A stretch of DNA of 64,000 nucleotides from positions 56,191 to 120,190 of the forward strand of contig CAYHVK010000006.1 of assembly GCA_964360255.1 (NCBI GenBank), written 5' to 3'. Source of the DNA: an uncultured Pseudobdellovibrionaceae bacterium. GTDB lineage: Bacteria > Bdellovibrionota > Bdellovibrionia > Bdellovibrionales > UBA1609. The position numbers and the translations under genes are program-made. This document shows positions 1 through 8,995 of the stretch, in pieces (positions within the stretch are counted from its first letter, which is position 1; the number at the start of each line of letters is the position of its first letter). Under the pieces are notes generated by a model that was not told where the DNA came from, searched no databases, and saw nothing but the letters and a program-made list of their open reading frames with translations.

Positions 1-218
1 GGGTCTTCAGGATCAGCTGGAGGAGGTTCTTCTGGGTCTTCAGGTTGTTCCGGTGGCGGATCATCTGGATTTTCTGGTTCTTCGGGATTTCCGGTTGAGC
101 TATTCGAGATATCTTCTACGGATGACGAATCAAAACCACCACTGCAGGCGTTAAATGTCATCACGACAAATGTGACTAATATTAAATTAAGGTATCGTAA
201 CCAAATTAATTTTTTCAT
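1..218 (-). CDS. lipoprotein, N-terminal part only (gene runs off the left edge)
   Basis: Minus-strand ATG at 216-218 with AGGAG about 10 nt upstream. Translates MKKLIWLRYLNLILVTFVVMTFNACSGG (lipobox FNAC), then a Pro/Glu/Asp-rich linker. Open to base 1, so absent from the complete-ORF track. Confidence 0.6.
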   Translation of the reverse strand, partial: MKKLIWLRYLNLILVTFVVMTFNACSGGFDSSSVEDISNSSTGNPEEPENPDDPPPEQPEDPEEPPPADPED

Positions 219-509
219 TTACAATACGCTCCTAATTAAAACTCACATTATAGATTCACGTAATATCATCGGTTATAGAATCCGCTCTCTTGACCATTTT
301 CACCTGCAGTATCTAAAATGTGCGGCATTTTAGGCAAATGCTCGAACTTGAAAATAGATTCTACAAGAACGTCAAAAAGTTCTCCTTAACCTACTATATG
401 TATGCAAGAGGGAGGCCCCTCCCAATGCCCTTATAACTACTGGTAAAATTCATTTTGATACGTCAAAGGCCTGCACACTGTCGATGAAGAAGACGAATTA
501 AATGAGGCT

Positions 510-842
510 TTAAATAGACTTTTTAGAAGAATATTTCATTCTCAATTCTTCTAATAACTTTTTTTTGTACTCTATAGTTCGCAGTTCGATAAAGCGCATA
601 AGCGGAATTTTTAGAACTTTTGAAAGTCGTTTCAAAGTGTCGACTGGTGGTAGGCTGACGCCAGCCTCCCAATTTGCGATGTACTGAGGGTGGTATTCAA
701 AATGATGAGCTAATTGCTTTTGCGAAAGTTTATGCCGTCTTCGTGCGGATCCGATCAGTTGAGCTGATAACTTATAGAAGCCTCGCGGCCCAGAAGTTTT
801 TTTGCCAATGGCCTTGTGTATATTGCTACGTCTCTTTTTCAT
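510..842 (-). CDS. XRE/Cro-type helix-turn-helix transcriptional regulator
   Basis: 110-aa ORF. HTH core LSQKQLAHHFEYHPQYIANWEAGVSLP is typical of the XRE family. Divergent from the S24 repressor gene. Confidence 0.7.
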   Translation of the reverse strand: MKKRRSNIHKAIGKKTSGPRGFYKLSAQLIGSARRRHKLSQKQLAHHFEYHPQYIANWEAGVSLPPVDTLKRLSKVLKIPLMRFIELRTIEYKKKLLEELRMKYSSKKSI

Positions 843-866
843 ATAAGGTACTTTTTATACCTTATA
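842..866. promoter_or_regulatory. candidate operator palindrome in the divergent promoter region
   Basis: TATAAGGTA-N7-TACCTTATA, with 9-bp perfect inverted arms at 842-850 and 858-866. Lies in the 62-bp gap between the two divergent HTH genes and touches the start codon of the minus gene. Confidence 0.35.
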
Positions 867-904
867 AGGAATAAAGTAAAAAAGATAAAAATTAACATGG
901 AGCA

Positions 905-1651
905 GTGAAATCAAAGAAAAAAGTAAAAAAAAGGTATTTGAATAAACCATTTTTATTGGCGCTCGGAGCTCGGTGTCGCAAATTGCGTATACAAAAAGGG
1001 CTATCCATTGATCGGCTTTGCAAAGAAGGTTTACAGCTGAGTCCCGGGGCTATTCAGCGCCTTGAGACAGGAGCCGCCGATGTGCAGATTTCGCTCCTTT
1101 ACAGGTACGCAGAAGTCCTTGAAATCAATCTAAAAGAGCTTTTTTCATTTCAATATAATTTAGATGAAGATCCACTGGAAATTTTGCCTTATGAACAGGG
1201 TCGCCCTGCCCCTAAGGGGACGGTTCCTTATTATTCCATTGAAGTGGCCGCTGGAGCGTTCAAATCTGACAATTATGATTTAGAGCCCCAGGGCTGGGTT
1301 GAAGTTGAAAGGCGCGGCTCTTTAAAGGATTATTTTGTTGTGCGAGTAAACGGTAAATCAATGGAGCCGACTATACGCTCAGGTCAGCTGTGTTTAATGA
1401 AGCGTTATTCTGGGGGCTCTCGTAATGGGCAAATTATGCTAGTGCAAGCGAGAGGGCTTGTGGATCCGGAGTCGGGCGGTAGTTTCGTACTCAAGCGCTA
1501 TCAACGTATAACTCCAATCGGGGAGAGTGATTCTCGCGAAGGAGTGACCATACATTTGCTGTCTGATAATCCAAAATTTTTGCCAATTGTTTTAAAAGGT
1601 ATTCTGGAAGACGACGTGTCTACCCCAGCAGTTTTTGTTGAGGCTTTGTAG
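905..1651 (+). CDS. CI/LexA-like self-cleaving repressor (N-terminal XRE HTH + C-terminal S24 peptidase)
   Basis: GTG start. HTH LSIDRLCKEGLQLSPGAIQRLETG. LexA-type cleavage motif EVAAGAF. S24 catalytic Ser in VNGKSMEPTI and Lys in FVLKRY. Confidence 0.8.
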   Translation: MKSKKKVKKRYLNKPFLLALGARCRKLRIQKGLSIDRLCKEGLQLSPGAIQRLETGAADVQISLLYRYAEVLEINLKELFSFQYNLDEDPLEILPYEQGRPAPKGTVPYYSIEVAAGAFKSDNYDLEPQGWVEVERRGSLKDYFVVRVNGKSMEPTIRSGQLCLMKRYSGGSRNGQIMLVQARGLVDPESGGSFVLKRYQRITPIGESDSREGVTIHLLSDNPKFLPIVLKGILEDDVSTPAVFVEAL

Positions 1652-1719
1652 GGTACCTGCTTCCCGTTTGAAAATTCCGGACAAATTTGTCCGGAATTTT
1701 CAAACGGGAAGCAGGTACC
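1652..1719. terminator. 68-bp perfect palindrome; putative bidirectional terminator
   Basis: ggtacctgcttcccgtttgaaaattccggacaaa (1652-1685) is the exact reverse complement of 1686-1719. It fills the whole gap between the convergent stop codons (TAG 1649-1651, cta 1721-1723). No flanking T-tract. Confidence 0.5.
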
Positions 1720-1720
1720 T

Positions 1721-3136
1721 CTAGAACTCAGCTTCGTTGTCTTGGCGAAGGCCTTTTTTCTTAATTTTCTCAACGAGAGTTGTGCGGTTGAGTTTAAGTA
1801 GAAGAGCCGCTTGGTTACGGTTCCAGCCAGTTTTCTCAAGAGCCCGCATAATTAATGCATTCTCATAAGCATCAACAGCTGAGTTGAAGTCTAAACCATC
1901 ATCGCTGATATCAAGTGATCTAGAAGCCGGTGATCCGGTCACTGTCATTGAAGACATCGTGCCTCTATAGCGCTCTGGTAGATCAACTACATCGACTACG
2001 CCGCCACCTTTTAAGATCGCGAGACGCTCCACTAGATTTTCTAACTCACGAATATTACCTGGCCAGTTGTACTTCATTAAGTAATCCATAGCCGCTGGCG
2101 TAATACCAGAGAGCTTCTCGCTGCGCTCTTGGTTGAAGAGCTCCATAAAGAAGTGAAAAAGTAGTGGAATATCAGTGCGACGCTCGCGAAGTGCCGGGAT
2201 GTGAATCGGAATCACATTCAAGCGATAGAAAAGATCTTCTCTGAATTTGCTATCACGAACGGCGTGTTCAAGATTCACGTTAGTGGCCGCGATAACACGA
2301 ACATCACTTGTGAAAGTCTTTGTGCTACCAACAGGTTCAAAGCGACGCTCTTGAAGAACGCGAAGAAGCTTCACTTGAAGGTGAGAGTTCATATCGCCAA
2401 TTTCATCTAAGAAAACTGAACCACCGTTAGCCATCTCGAAACGTCCAATGCGGTTTGAAATGGCACCAGTGAAGGCACCTTTAATGTGACCGAATAATTC
2501 AGACTCCATCAGCTCACCCGGAATGGCGCCGCAGTTAATAGGCACAAAGGGTTGGGCCGAGCGGGCTGAGTTGTAGTGAATCGCTTTAGCTACGAGTTCT
2601 TTACCTGTACCGCTCTCACCAGTGATGAGAACTGTAGAGTCAGAACCTGATACGCGCTCGATGAGTTCAAGCACGCGTAAGATCGCATCGCTTTGGCCAA
2701 TAATATTGTCAAAGCGATATTTGCGGTGAAGAGCCGCGCGGAGGTGCTGATTCTCTTGTTCTAATTTTTTATGAGAAAGAGTGCGATCGATCAAATTGAG
2801 AACTTCATCGAGCTCAAAAGGTTTAGTGATGAAATGCTCTGCTCCTGATTTTGTCGCGCGAATAGCTGACTCAATAGTGCCGAAGCCGGTGAGAACGATA
2901 AACTGAGTGGCAGGATTATTGCGCTTGAGCTCGGTCATCAGGTCGATACCGTCGCCATCTGGCAAACGGAGGTCAACGAGTACGAGATCAGCAGGGCGCT
3001 CTGATTGTCCTAACTGAATGGCTTCTTTCATAGAACTAGAAGTAATAACTTGAAAACCTTTTCGATCAAGCGCGCGAAAAAGCGCTGTACGTAAAGATGT
3101 ATCGTCATCCACTATCATGATTCTTGGCATTTGCAT
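1721..3136 (-). CDS. sigma-54-dependent response regulator (NtrC family: receiver + AAA+ + Fis-type HTH)
   Basis: Receiver IMIVDDD...LVDLRLPDGDG. Walker A GESGTGKE. GAFTGA loop KGAFTGA. ESELFGH. C-terminal HTH WNRNQAALLLKLNRTTL. Start placed at MQMPRIM (GGAAGGAAG SD upstream); the ORF track extends to 3166. Confidence 0.9.
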   Translation of the reverse strand: MQMPRIMIVDDDTSLRTALFRALDRKGFQVITSSSMKEAIQLGQSERPADLVLVDLRLPDGDGIDLMTELKRNNPATQFIVLTGFGTIESAIRATKSGAEHFITKPFELDEVLNLIDRTLSHKKLEQENQHLRAALHRKYRFDNIIGQSDAILRVLELIERVSGSDSTVLITGESGTGKELVAKAIHYNSARSAQPFVPINCGAIPGELMESELFGHIKGAFTGAISNRIGRFEMANGGSVFLDEIGDMNSHLQVKLLRVLQERRFEPVGSTKTFTSDVRVIAATNVNLEHAVRDSKFREDLFYRLNVIPIHIPALRERRTDIPLLFHFFMELFNQERSEKLSGITPAAMDYLMKYNWPGNIRELENLVERLAILKGGGVVDVVDLPERYRGTMSSMTVTGSPASRSLDISDDGLDFNSAVDAYENALIMRALEKTGWNRNQAALLLKLNRTTLVEKIKKKGLRQDNEAEF

Positions 3137-3314
3137 CTGTCTTCCTTCCATGGCCGGCTGGTGCAAGCCCCGCGAAAATTTAGCGTAACTTAACTAACAC
3201 TCGCAGGGTTCGTGGGACTTAGTTTTCTAAGTTCGTCCCCACAGTTAAAGTGTAGGGGCGAGCTTTTGGCACTGTCAAATTTTCGAGCCAAAGTTTTGGC
3301 TGAAAACCCAGAAA

Positions 3315-5027
3315 CTAGACTGACGTGAGAGCAATTTTTACCTGTGTCCCCATCTTAGGCTGGGAATAGATTTCGATGCGACCATTGTGATCGTCAACAA
3401 TCTTGTAAGCCAGTGTCAAACCAAGTCCCTGGTTTCTTCTACGACTCTTTGTGGAGAAGAGTGGGTTAAAAATTTTGTTTTGATTCTCGAGACTTATGCC
3501 AACTCCGTTGTCGCTGATGTTCAGGAAGACTTGGTCTTTTTCTAGGCGCAAATCGATTTGAATGTGACCTTTGTACCGTGGGTTTTCGGTTAATTGCTCG
3601 GATACGGCTTCAAAAGAATTCTGCAAAAAGTGACTGATTGCTTGCGCCAAAAGATTGGAATGCCCCATGATTTTGACAGGGTGCTCAGGCCATAACATTT
3701 GTACTGTAACGCCAAGCGATCTTGCTTGTAGTTCAGTGATTTTTAGGGCCTGTCTTACAACATCACGAAGGTCGACTTCAGCGATGGCCTGTGAATCGTG
3801 CTGACGTGTAAAGCCCAAAAGATTTTCGACGATCTCTTTGCAGCGCTGACCGGCTTGCTCCATCTCGACAATATCGGCGTAAATGGCATCGTCTTTTTTC
3901 AAATCCATTTTCAAAAGCTGTAGAAAAGAAATCATTCCGCCCAATGGATTATTCAGTTCATGGGCGATGCTCGAGCCGATGGTGCCGATTTCAGCCATTT
4001 TGGCCGACTCAAAAATCTGTTTCTGAATTTTCTGTTGATCAGTAATGTCGCGAAAGAGAATCATAAAAATCGAATCTGGCTGTATCCGCTGAGCTGAGAC
4101 TTCATAAGTGCGGGGAGGCTCATTGCCGCGACTGATTTTCTGCACTTTAAAGGTCTGATCGGGCCGAGCTTGGCTTTCGATGATTTTAGCAGAGAGATCT
4201 TGCGTGGCCGCTGAGGCTCCGAAAAAGGAGTAGAAGCAGTTTGAGCCGATGAGTGATTTATAACTGAGGCCGCTAGCTTTAGCGAAGGCTGAATTCGTGC
4301 GTGAGATTTTGAAATTTTCATCTGTTAAGCAAAGCGGTTCAGAGATCGCATCGAAGGTGCTCTCCCACTGTTGCTTGAGACTTTCGGCTTGATCGAGCTT
4401 AGTGAGACGGTCAATAGCCAGGGCCACGCCATCAGCCACTTGTAAAAGTAGATCATTTTCAGATTTTGAAAATGGCCTCTCTTTCGCGCGCGCGAATATA
4501 ATTTTACCGAATTGAGTCTGCCCAATTATAAGTGCCGCTTTAAAGAGGCTGAGGTGCCCGTAACGATCGAGTTGGGCCTCCATATGTTCGTGGTAGCGAA
4601 AGAAAATACGGCACCACTCAAGGTCAAGGGTGTCTTTCAGCGCGCGCAAGAGAAGAGACTCAACATCACCAATAGAATTCGCTGTATGTACGGCCACGAG
4701 GGCTTGGTGCAGACTTTCGACCTGGCGATTGAGAGTGATGATACGTTTATTCGCACGCTCACGACTTTTCTGAGTTTTGCCCTCTTGAGGAGCCGACTCA
4801 AATTTAAGCCGCTCAATTTCAGCGCTGTCGAAAGTCTCTAAGATTTTGACCACGTTTTGCAATTGAGAAAGTTCTTTGAGCAAGGCGAAAGAAGGATTTT
4901 TAGAAATCACAACTTTCGGATTCTCGGCGGATTTTTTTGCCAGCTCTTTAAGGCGAGTCCGCGTCTCGGTGTCGAGATCGTTCGGGAGCTCAATGATCAT
5001 GAGAGAATCTTTCGATTCTTCAATCAT
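3315..5027 (-). CDS. cytoplasmic sensor histidine kinase (GAF/PAS-like N-terminus, HisKA, HATPase_c)
   Basis: H-box SSIAHELNNPLGG. N-box FLQNSFEA. G1 ISDNGVGI. G2 NQGLGLTLA. No obvious TM segments. Start overlaps the stop of the upstream M14 peptidase gene by 4 nt. Confidence 0.85.
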   Translation of the reverse strand: MIEESKDSLMIIELPNDLDTETRTRLKELAKKSAENPKVVISKNPSFALLKELSQLQNVVKILETFDSAEIERLKFESAPQEGKTQKSRERANKRIITLNRQVESLHQALVAVHTANSIGDVESLLLRALKDTLDLEWCRIFFRYHEHMEAQLDRYGHLSLFKAALIIGQTQFGKIIFARAKERPFSKSENDLLLQVADGVALAIDRLTKLDQAESLKQQWESTFDAISEPLCLTDENFKISRTNSAFAKASGLSYKSLIGSNCFYSFFGASAATQDLSAKIIESQARPDQTFKVQKISRGNEPPRTYEVSAQRIQPDSIFMILFRDITDQQKIQKQIFESAKMAEIGTIGSSIAHELNNPLGGMISFLQLLKMDLKKDDAIYADIVEMEQAGQRCKEIVENLLGFTRQHDSQAIAEVDLRDVVRQALKITELQARSLGVTVQMLWPEHPVKIMGHSNLLAQAISHFLQNSFEAVSEQLTENPRYKGHIQIDLRLEKDQVFLNISDNGVGISLENQNKIFNPLFSTKSRRRNQGLGLTLAYKIVDDHNGRIEIYSQPKMGTQVKIALTSV

Positions 5028-5746
5028 GCAAGCCCTAGCGTGTGGGGTTCAGTCACAAGTTTGATCAGCGCTTCAGAAAAACGGGGCCAGCACTCTTCAC
5101 GTGGAGTTGGATTTTTTTCTTCGGTGCAAATGATTGGAATTTTATGATCGAACCAAGCGTACTGACTTAAGCTTCCTGGTGTCGGATAACCAATGTCATC
5201 TTGTACATTGTAACCACTGACTTTGCCTAAAAGCTCAGCTGTCGGCAGAGCGGGCTCGCCAGCGTAAACTACGCAAGGATCCCATGAGTGAAAGTGAATG
5301 ATAAGGCGGGGTTTGTTGGCCGTGATCCATTTTACAAGATTTGAAATTTCGCTCTCGCTGCCAGGGTTCGGTCCTGGATAGTAGCGCTCAGCTTTTGTGT
5401 ACGAAGACCAGTCGGTGCTCGGGTAGTTGCGATTCAAATCAACTTTGTTTCCGTTCCAGCGAACGCCGCGTAAGTAACCGTCGGGATTTAAGCAAGGTAT
5501 GAGAGCCCAAGGTAATCTTGTTTTTTTTGCCGAGACACTGTCGCTTTTAAGCCACTCGAGAAGAGATTCTGCTAATGCTACGCCCTCAGGCTCATCACCG
5601 TGGACGCCGCCCATAAATAAAACCGGGCGTTGCAAGTTTTCTTCTGATTGAAACATCGGAATGTTTCTTTTTTCTGCAGATAGAGACCAATTTAGATTTT
5701 CGATAATTGCCATAATTTTTATTGTAGGGTAATTCTCATACACCAT
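5024..5746 (-). CDS. M14-family zinc carboxypeptidase / murein-peptide amidase (MpaA)-like
   Basis: Zinc-ligand motif GGVHGDEPEG (HxxE) and a distal His in IIHFHSWD. Size and layout fit small cytoplasmic M14 amidases. An alternative start at 5713 (MAIIENL) is possible. Confidence 0.65.
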   Translation of the reverse strand: MVYENYPTIKIMAIIENLNWSLSAEKRNIPMFQSEENLQRPVLFMGGVHGDEPEGVALAESLLEWLKSDSVSAKKTRLPWALIPCLNPDGYLRGVRWNGNKVDLNRNYPSTDWSSYTKAERYYPGPNPGSESEISNLVKWITANKPRLIIHFHSWDPCVVYAGEPALPTAELLGKVSGYNVQDDIGYPTPGSLSQYAWFDHKIPIICTEEKNPTPREECWPRFSEALIKLVTEPHTLGLA

Positions 5747-7154
5747 GAAGAAATCTTATTTTTCTGTGATTATTTTGGCGGCGGGTCGAGGCGTGAGAAT
5801 GGCTTCAGCTTTGCCGAAGGTTCTCCACCCCGTTGCCGGCTCGCCTATGGTTTTAAGGGTTTTAGAGCAATGTCGTAAAGCCGGTGCCGGTGAGATTCGC
5901 GTTGTTGTAGGTTTCGGAGAAGCTTTAGTTCGCCAAGTGGTTGAGCCATCAGGCGGAGTTTGTTTTCGCCAGGTCGATCAAAAAGGCACGGGTGATGCGG
6001 TGCGCGCCGCTCAACCAGAAACTTTAGAGGGCCCGGTTCTAATTTTAAATGGCGATCATCCTTTGATCGAAGCCGAAGATATTAAAAAAATTGTCGAGAA
6101 CTTCAAAGAGACTTCAAAAGATATCACACTGGTTACAGCTCGTTTGAAAACGCCAGGCAGTTATGGCCGTATCGTTCGCCAAGGGGGAGACGTTCGCGCC
6201 ATCGTTGAAGCGAAAGATGCCTCTGCAGACACTTTAAAAATCAAAGAAGTGAACACCGGCATCTATATGCTGGATGCCAAACTTCTGAATAAACTTTTGC
6301 CACTCGTGCAAAATAAAAATGCCCAAGGTGAATACTACCTCACTGATATTATTTCTCTCGGAATGGAGAGCGGCACTAAAGTGAACGGTCTTGTACTGAA
6401 TTCACGTGTGGCAACAGGTGTAAATTCTCAAGCGGAGCTTTCAAAGGCCACGGGCCGAGTTTACGCACGTAAAGCGAAACAGCTTCTTGATGCGGGAGTT
6501 ATGATTATTGATCCGAAGAACACTTACATTGAAGATTCGGTAGAAGTGGGCGCTTCAACGGTCATTTACCCAGGATGTTTTTTAAAAGGCCGAACTAAGA
6601 TTGGTCAGTTCTGCGTATTAGAGCCGAATTGTTTTATCAATCACGCTTTGATTGAAGACAGTGTGCAAATTCGCGCCGGTTCGTATTTCGAAGAGTGCGA
6701 AGTTAAAACTAAAGCGGTCGTTGGCCCCTATGCGCGCCTTCGACCTGAAACTGTGATTGGTCGCGAAGCCCATATCGGTAATTTCGTAGAACTGAAAAAA
6801 GTGAAGTTCGGTGATAAAGCAAAAGCCAACCATCTCACTTACCTCGGCGATGCCGAAATTGGCGAAGGCACAAATATCGGCTGCGGCACGATCACTTGTA
6901 ACTACGCAGTTGATCGCAAGAAATATAAAACTATTATCGGCAAAAATGTTTTTGTCGGCAGTGACTCGCAATTTATTGCGCCAGTTACGATTGGCGATAA
7001 CGCCGTTATCGGTTCAGGTTCAACTATCACTAAAGATGTGCCGGCTAACGCCTTAGGCGTGGCCCGTGCCAAACAGTTCGTCAAAGAAGGTTATGTTCCG
7101 TCTGCTGATGAGGCTACGGTTGACGAAGAGAAGCCTGAGTCGACAAAAAATTAA
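5745..7154 (+). CDS. glmU: bifunctional GlcNAc-1-P uridyltransferase / GlcN-1-P acetyltransferase
   Basis: N-terminal LAAGRGVRM nucleotidyltransferase motif. C-terminal left-handed beta-helix hexapeptide repeats (IGEGTNIGCGTITCNYAVDRK). 469 aa. Confidence 0.93.
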   Translation: MKKSYFSVIILAAGRGVRMASALPKVLHPVAGSPMVLRVLEQCRKAGAGEIRVVVGFGEALVRQVVEPSGGVCFRQVDQKGTGDAVRAAQPETLEGPVLILNGDHPLIEAEDIKKIVENFKETSKDITLVTARLKTPGSYGRIVRQGGDVRAIVEAKDASADTLKIKEVNTGIYMLDAKLLNKLLPLVQNKNAQGEYYLTDIISLGMESGTKVNGLVLNSRVATGVNSQAELSKATGRVYARKAKQLLDAGVMIIDPKNTYIEDSVEVGASTVIYPGCFLKGRTKIGQFCVLEPNCFINHALIEDSVQIRAGSYFEECEVKTKAVVGPYARLRPETVIGREAHIGNFVELKKVKFGDKAKANHLTYLGDAEIGEGTNIGCGTITCNYAVDRKKYKTIIGKNVFVGSDSQFIAPVTIGDNAVIGSGSTITKDVPANALGVARAKQFVKEGYVPSADEATVDEEKPESTKN

Positions 7155-7165
7155 GGAATTATTTT

Positions 7166-8992
7166 ATGTGCGGAATCGTTGGCTATTACGGCCCGAAAAA
7201 TCCTAAAGATGTTATTGTTGGCGGCCTCAAGTGCCTTGAGTACCGCGGTTATGACAGCGCCGGTGTTGCTATTTTGCATAAAGGCGAATTCAAAAGAGTT
7301 CGCGCCGAAGGTAAGCTTGGAAATCTTGAGGCCAAATTAAAAGGTGAAGAGTTTGATGGCCATCTTGGTATTGGTCACACGCGCTGGGCGACTCATGGTG
7401 CGCCAGTCGAGCGTAATGCTCACCCTCATATGGTGGGCTCGGTGAGTGTCGTTCACAACGGTATTATCGAAAACTACATGGAGCTGAAAGAAGAGCTCGG
7501 TGCCGGTACAAAATTTGAATCTGATACAGATACAGAGCTTATCGCTCACTTGATGAACGGCGAAATTAAAAAAGGCTCGGGGTTATTTAAGGGCGTACAA
7601 AATATTTTGCCTCGCTTGCGCGGCGCCTATTCAGTACTAGTCGTAACGAAAGACCAGCCCGATGAGATGGTGGCCTTTAAAAATGGTCCGCCGCTTATTA
7701 TCGGTATCGCTGACGATTCGGTTGTAGTGGCGAGTGACGTACAAGCCATCTTGCCTTATACAAATAAGATTATTTATCTCGACGATCACGAAGTGGCTCA
7801 TGTTAAGGGCCCTCTTGTTCAAGTTTACGATGAAAAAGGCAAAGCTTTAAAAAAAGAAATTAAGATAGTGGAGTGGAGCACCGAAAAAGCGCAAAAAGAA
7901 GGTTACGCCCACTTCATGTTAAAAGAAATCTTCGAGCAGCCGCGAGCCGTGGCGCGAGCGATGGCCCCGCACCTGGATACGGCCAACCATCAAGTGCATA
8001 TGGCCATTGAAGGTCTTGATGCCAGCGTTATTAAAAACTTAGAGCGCGTTTTCATCGTCGCCTGCGGAACCTCTAGCTATGCGGGCATGGTGGGCGAATA
8101 TTTAATCGAAAACATCGCTCGCGTCGCGGTTGAAGTGGATATTGCCAGTGAATTTCGTTACCGCAATCCGGTTCTGCCGAAAAACTCTTTAGTGCTTTTA
8201 ATCTCTCAGAGTGGTGAGACCGCTGATACATTGGCCGTGCTTCGTCAGGTGAAGGCCTTAGGTATACCGGTGATGAGTCTTTGTAATGTGAAGAATTCAA
8301 CTATCGACCGAGAAGCTGATGGCCATATTTACATGAATTCAGGTGTAGAGATTGGCGTGGCTTCAACGAAAGCTTTTGCTTCATCACTCGCAGTGATGAA
8401 TGTCCTTGCTTTGCATATTGCAAAAGTAAAAGGCGTTTTGTCTCAAGAAGACGAAAATAAATATGTGAAAGCACTTCTTGCGGCGCCCGCGCAGATGGAT
8501 AGCGTTTTGGCCTGCGAAAAGTTTTTTGCTGAAGCCGCGGTGACTTTAAAAGAGCACAAAGGCTTTTTATATCTTGGTCGCGGTGTGAGTTATCCAATTG
8601 CTCTTGAGGGAGCATTAAAGCTCAAAGAACTGGCTTACATGCACGCTGAAGGCTATGCCGCTGGTGAAATGAAGCACGGACCGCTCGCGCTTATTGATTC
8701 ACGCATGTGCGTTGTAACTTTAGCGCCAACCGATAACCTTTACGAGAAAACGGTTTCAAATCTTGAAGAGGCGAAAGCTCGTGGCGGTCAGATTATCGCA
8801 GTGGGCACAGCTCAAAATGAAAAACTCAAAAGCTTAGCAAAACACTATCTTTCATTACCGAAAGCAGAGTGGACGGTGAATCCGCTGTTAGAGATGATTC
8901 CGCTACAGTTGCTGGCGTATCACGTCGCCTCAGCCCTCGGTCACGATGTCGATCAACCGAGAAATTTGGCCAAGTCTGTGACGGTTGAATAG
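7166..8992 (+). CDS. glmS: glutamine--fructose-6-phosphate aminotransferase
   Basis: MCGIVGY N-terminal nucleophile Cys. Two SIS domains (GTSSYAG, SQSGETADT). Canonical C-terminus KSVTVE. 608 aa. Confidence 0.96.
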   Translation: MCGIVGYYGPKNPKDVIVGGLKCLEYRGYDSAGVAILHKGEFKRVRAEGKLGNLEAKLKGEEFDGHLGIGHTRWATHGAPVERNAHPHMVGSVSVVHNGIIENYMELKEELGAGTKFESDTDTELIAHLMNGEIKKGSGLFKGVQNILPRLRGAYSVLVVTKDQPDEMVAFKNGPPLIIGIADDSVVVASDVQAILPYTNKIIYLDDHEVAHVKGPLVQVYDEKGKALKKEIKIVEWSTEKAQKEGYAHFMLKEIFEQPRAVARAMAPHLDTANHQVHMAIEGLDASVIKNLERVFIVACGTSSYAGMVGEYLIENIARVAVEVDIASEFRYRNPVLPKNSLVLLISQSGETADTLAVLRQVKALGIPVMSLCNVKNSTIDREADGHIYMNSGVEIGVASTKAFASSLAVMNVLALHIAKVKGVLSQEDENKYVKALLAAPAQMDSVLACEKFFAEAAVTLKEHKGFLYLGRGVSYPIALEGALKLKELAYMHAEGYAAGEMKHGPLALIDSRMCVVTLAPTDNLYEKTVSNLEEAKARGGQIIAVGTAQNEKLKSLAKHYLSLPKAEWTVNPLLEMIPLQLLAYHVASALGHDVDQPRNLAKSVTVE

Positions 8993-8995
8993 AAC

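Noticed and set aside
1-120. Short periodic tcttc/ggn repeats at the left edge, considered as a possible tandem repeat or CRISPR-like array
   Set aside because: The repeats are in-frame low-complexity coding sequence (Pro/Glu/Asp linker of the partial lipoprotein). There are no spacer-repeat units. I saw no CRISPR array anywhere in the window.
219-1720. Prophage or integrative element around the CI/Cro-like pair
   Set aside because: No integrase, excisionase, structural or replication genes, and no att-like repeats, are visible. It cannot be excluded to the left because only about 500 bp is available.
1501-1839. 112-aa minus-strand ORF spanning the palindrome
   Set aside because: It overlaps the 3' ends of both well-supported convergent genes and reads straight through the 68-bp palindrome (peptide GTCFPFENSGQICPEFSNGKQVP). 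It is an artefact of symmetric sequence.
3267-3283. TGGCAC motif suggestive of a sigma-54 promoter between the kinase and the NtrC-type regulator
   Set aside because: No GC dinucleotide lies at the required 12-nt offset (the sequence is tggcactgtcaaatttt). It is also on the plus strand, pointing antisense into the kinase gene.
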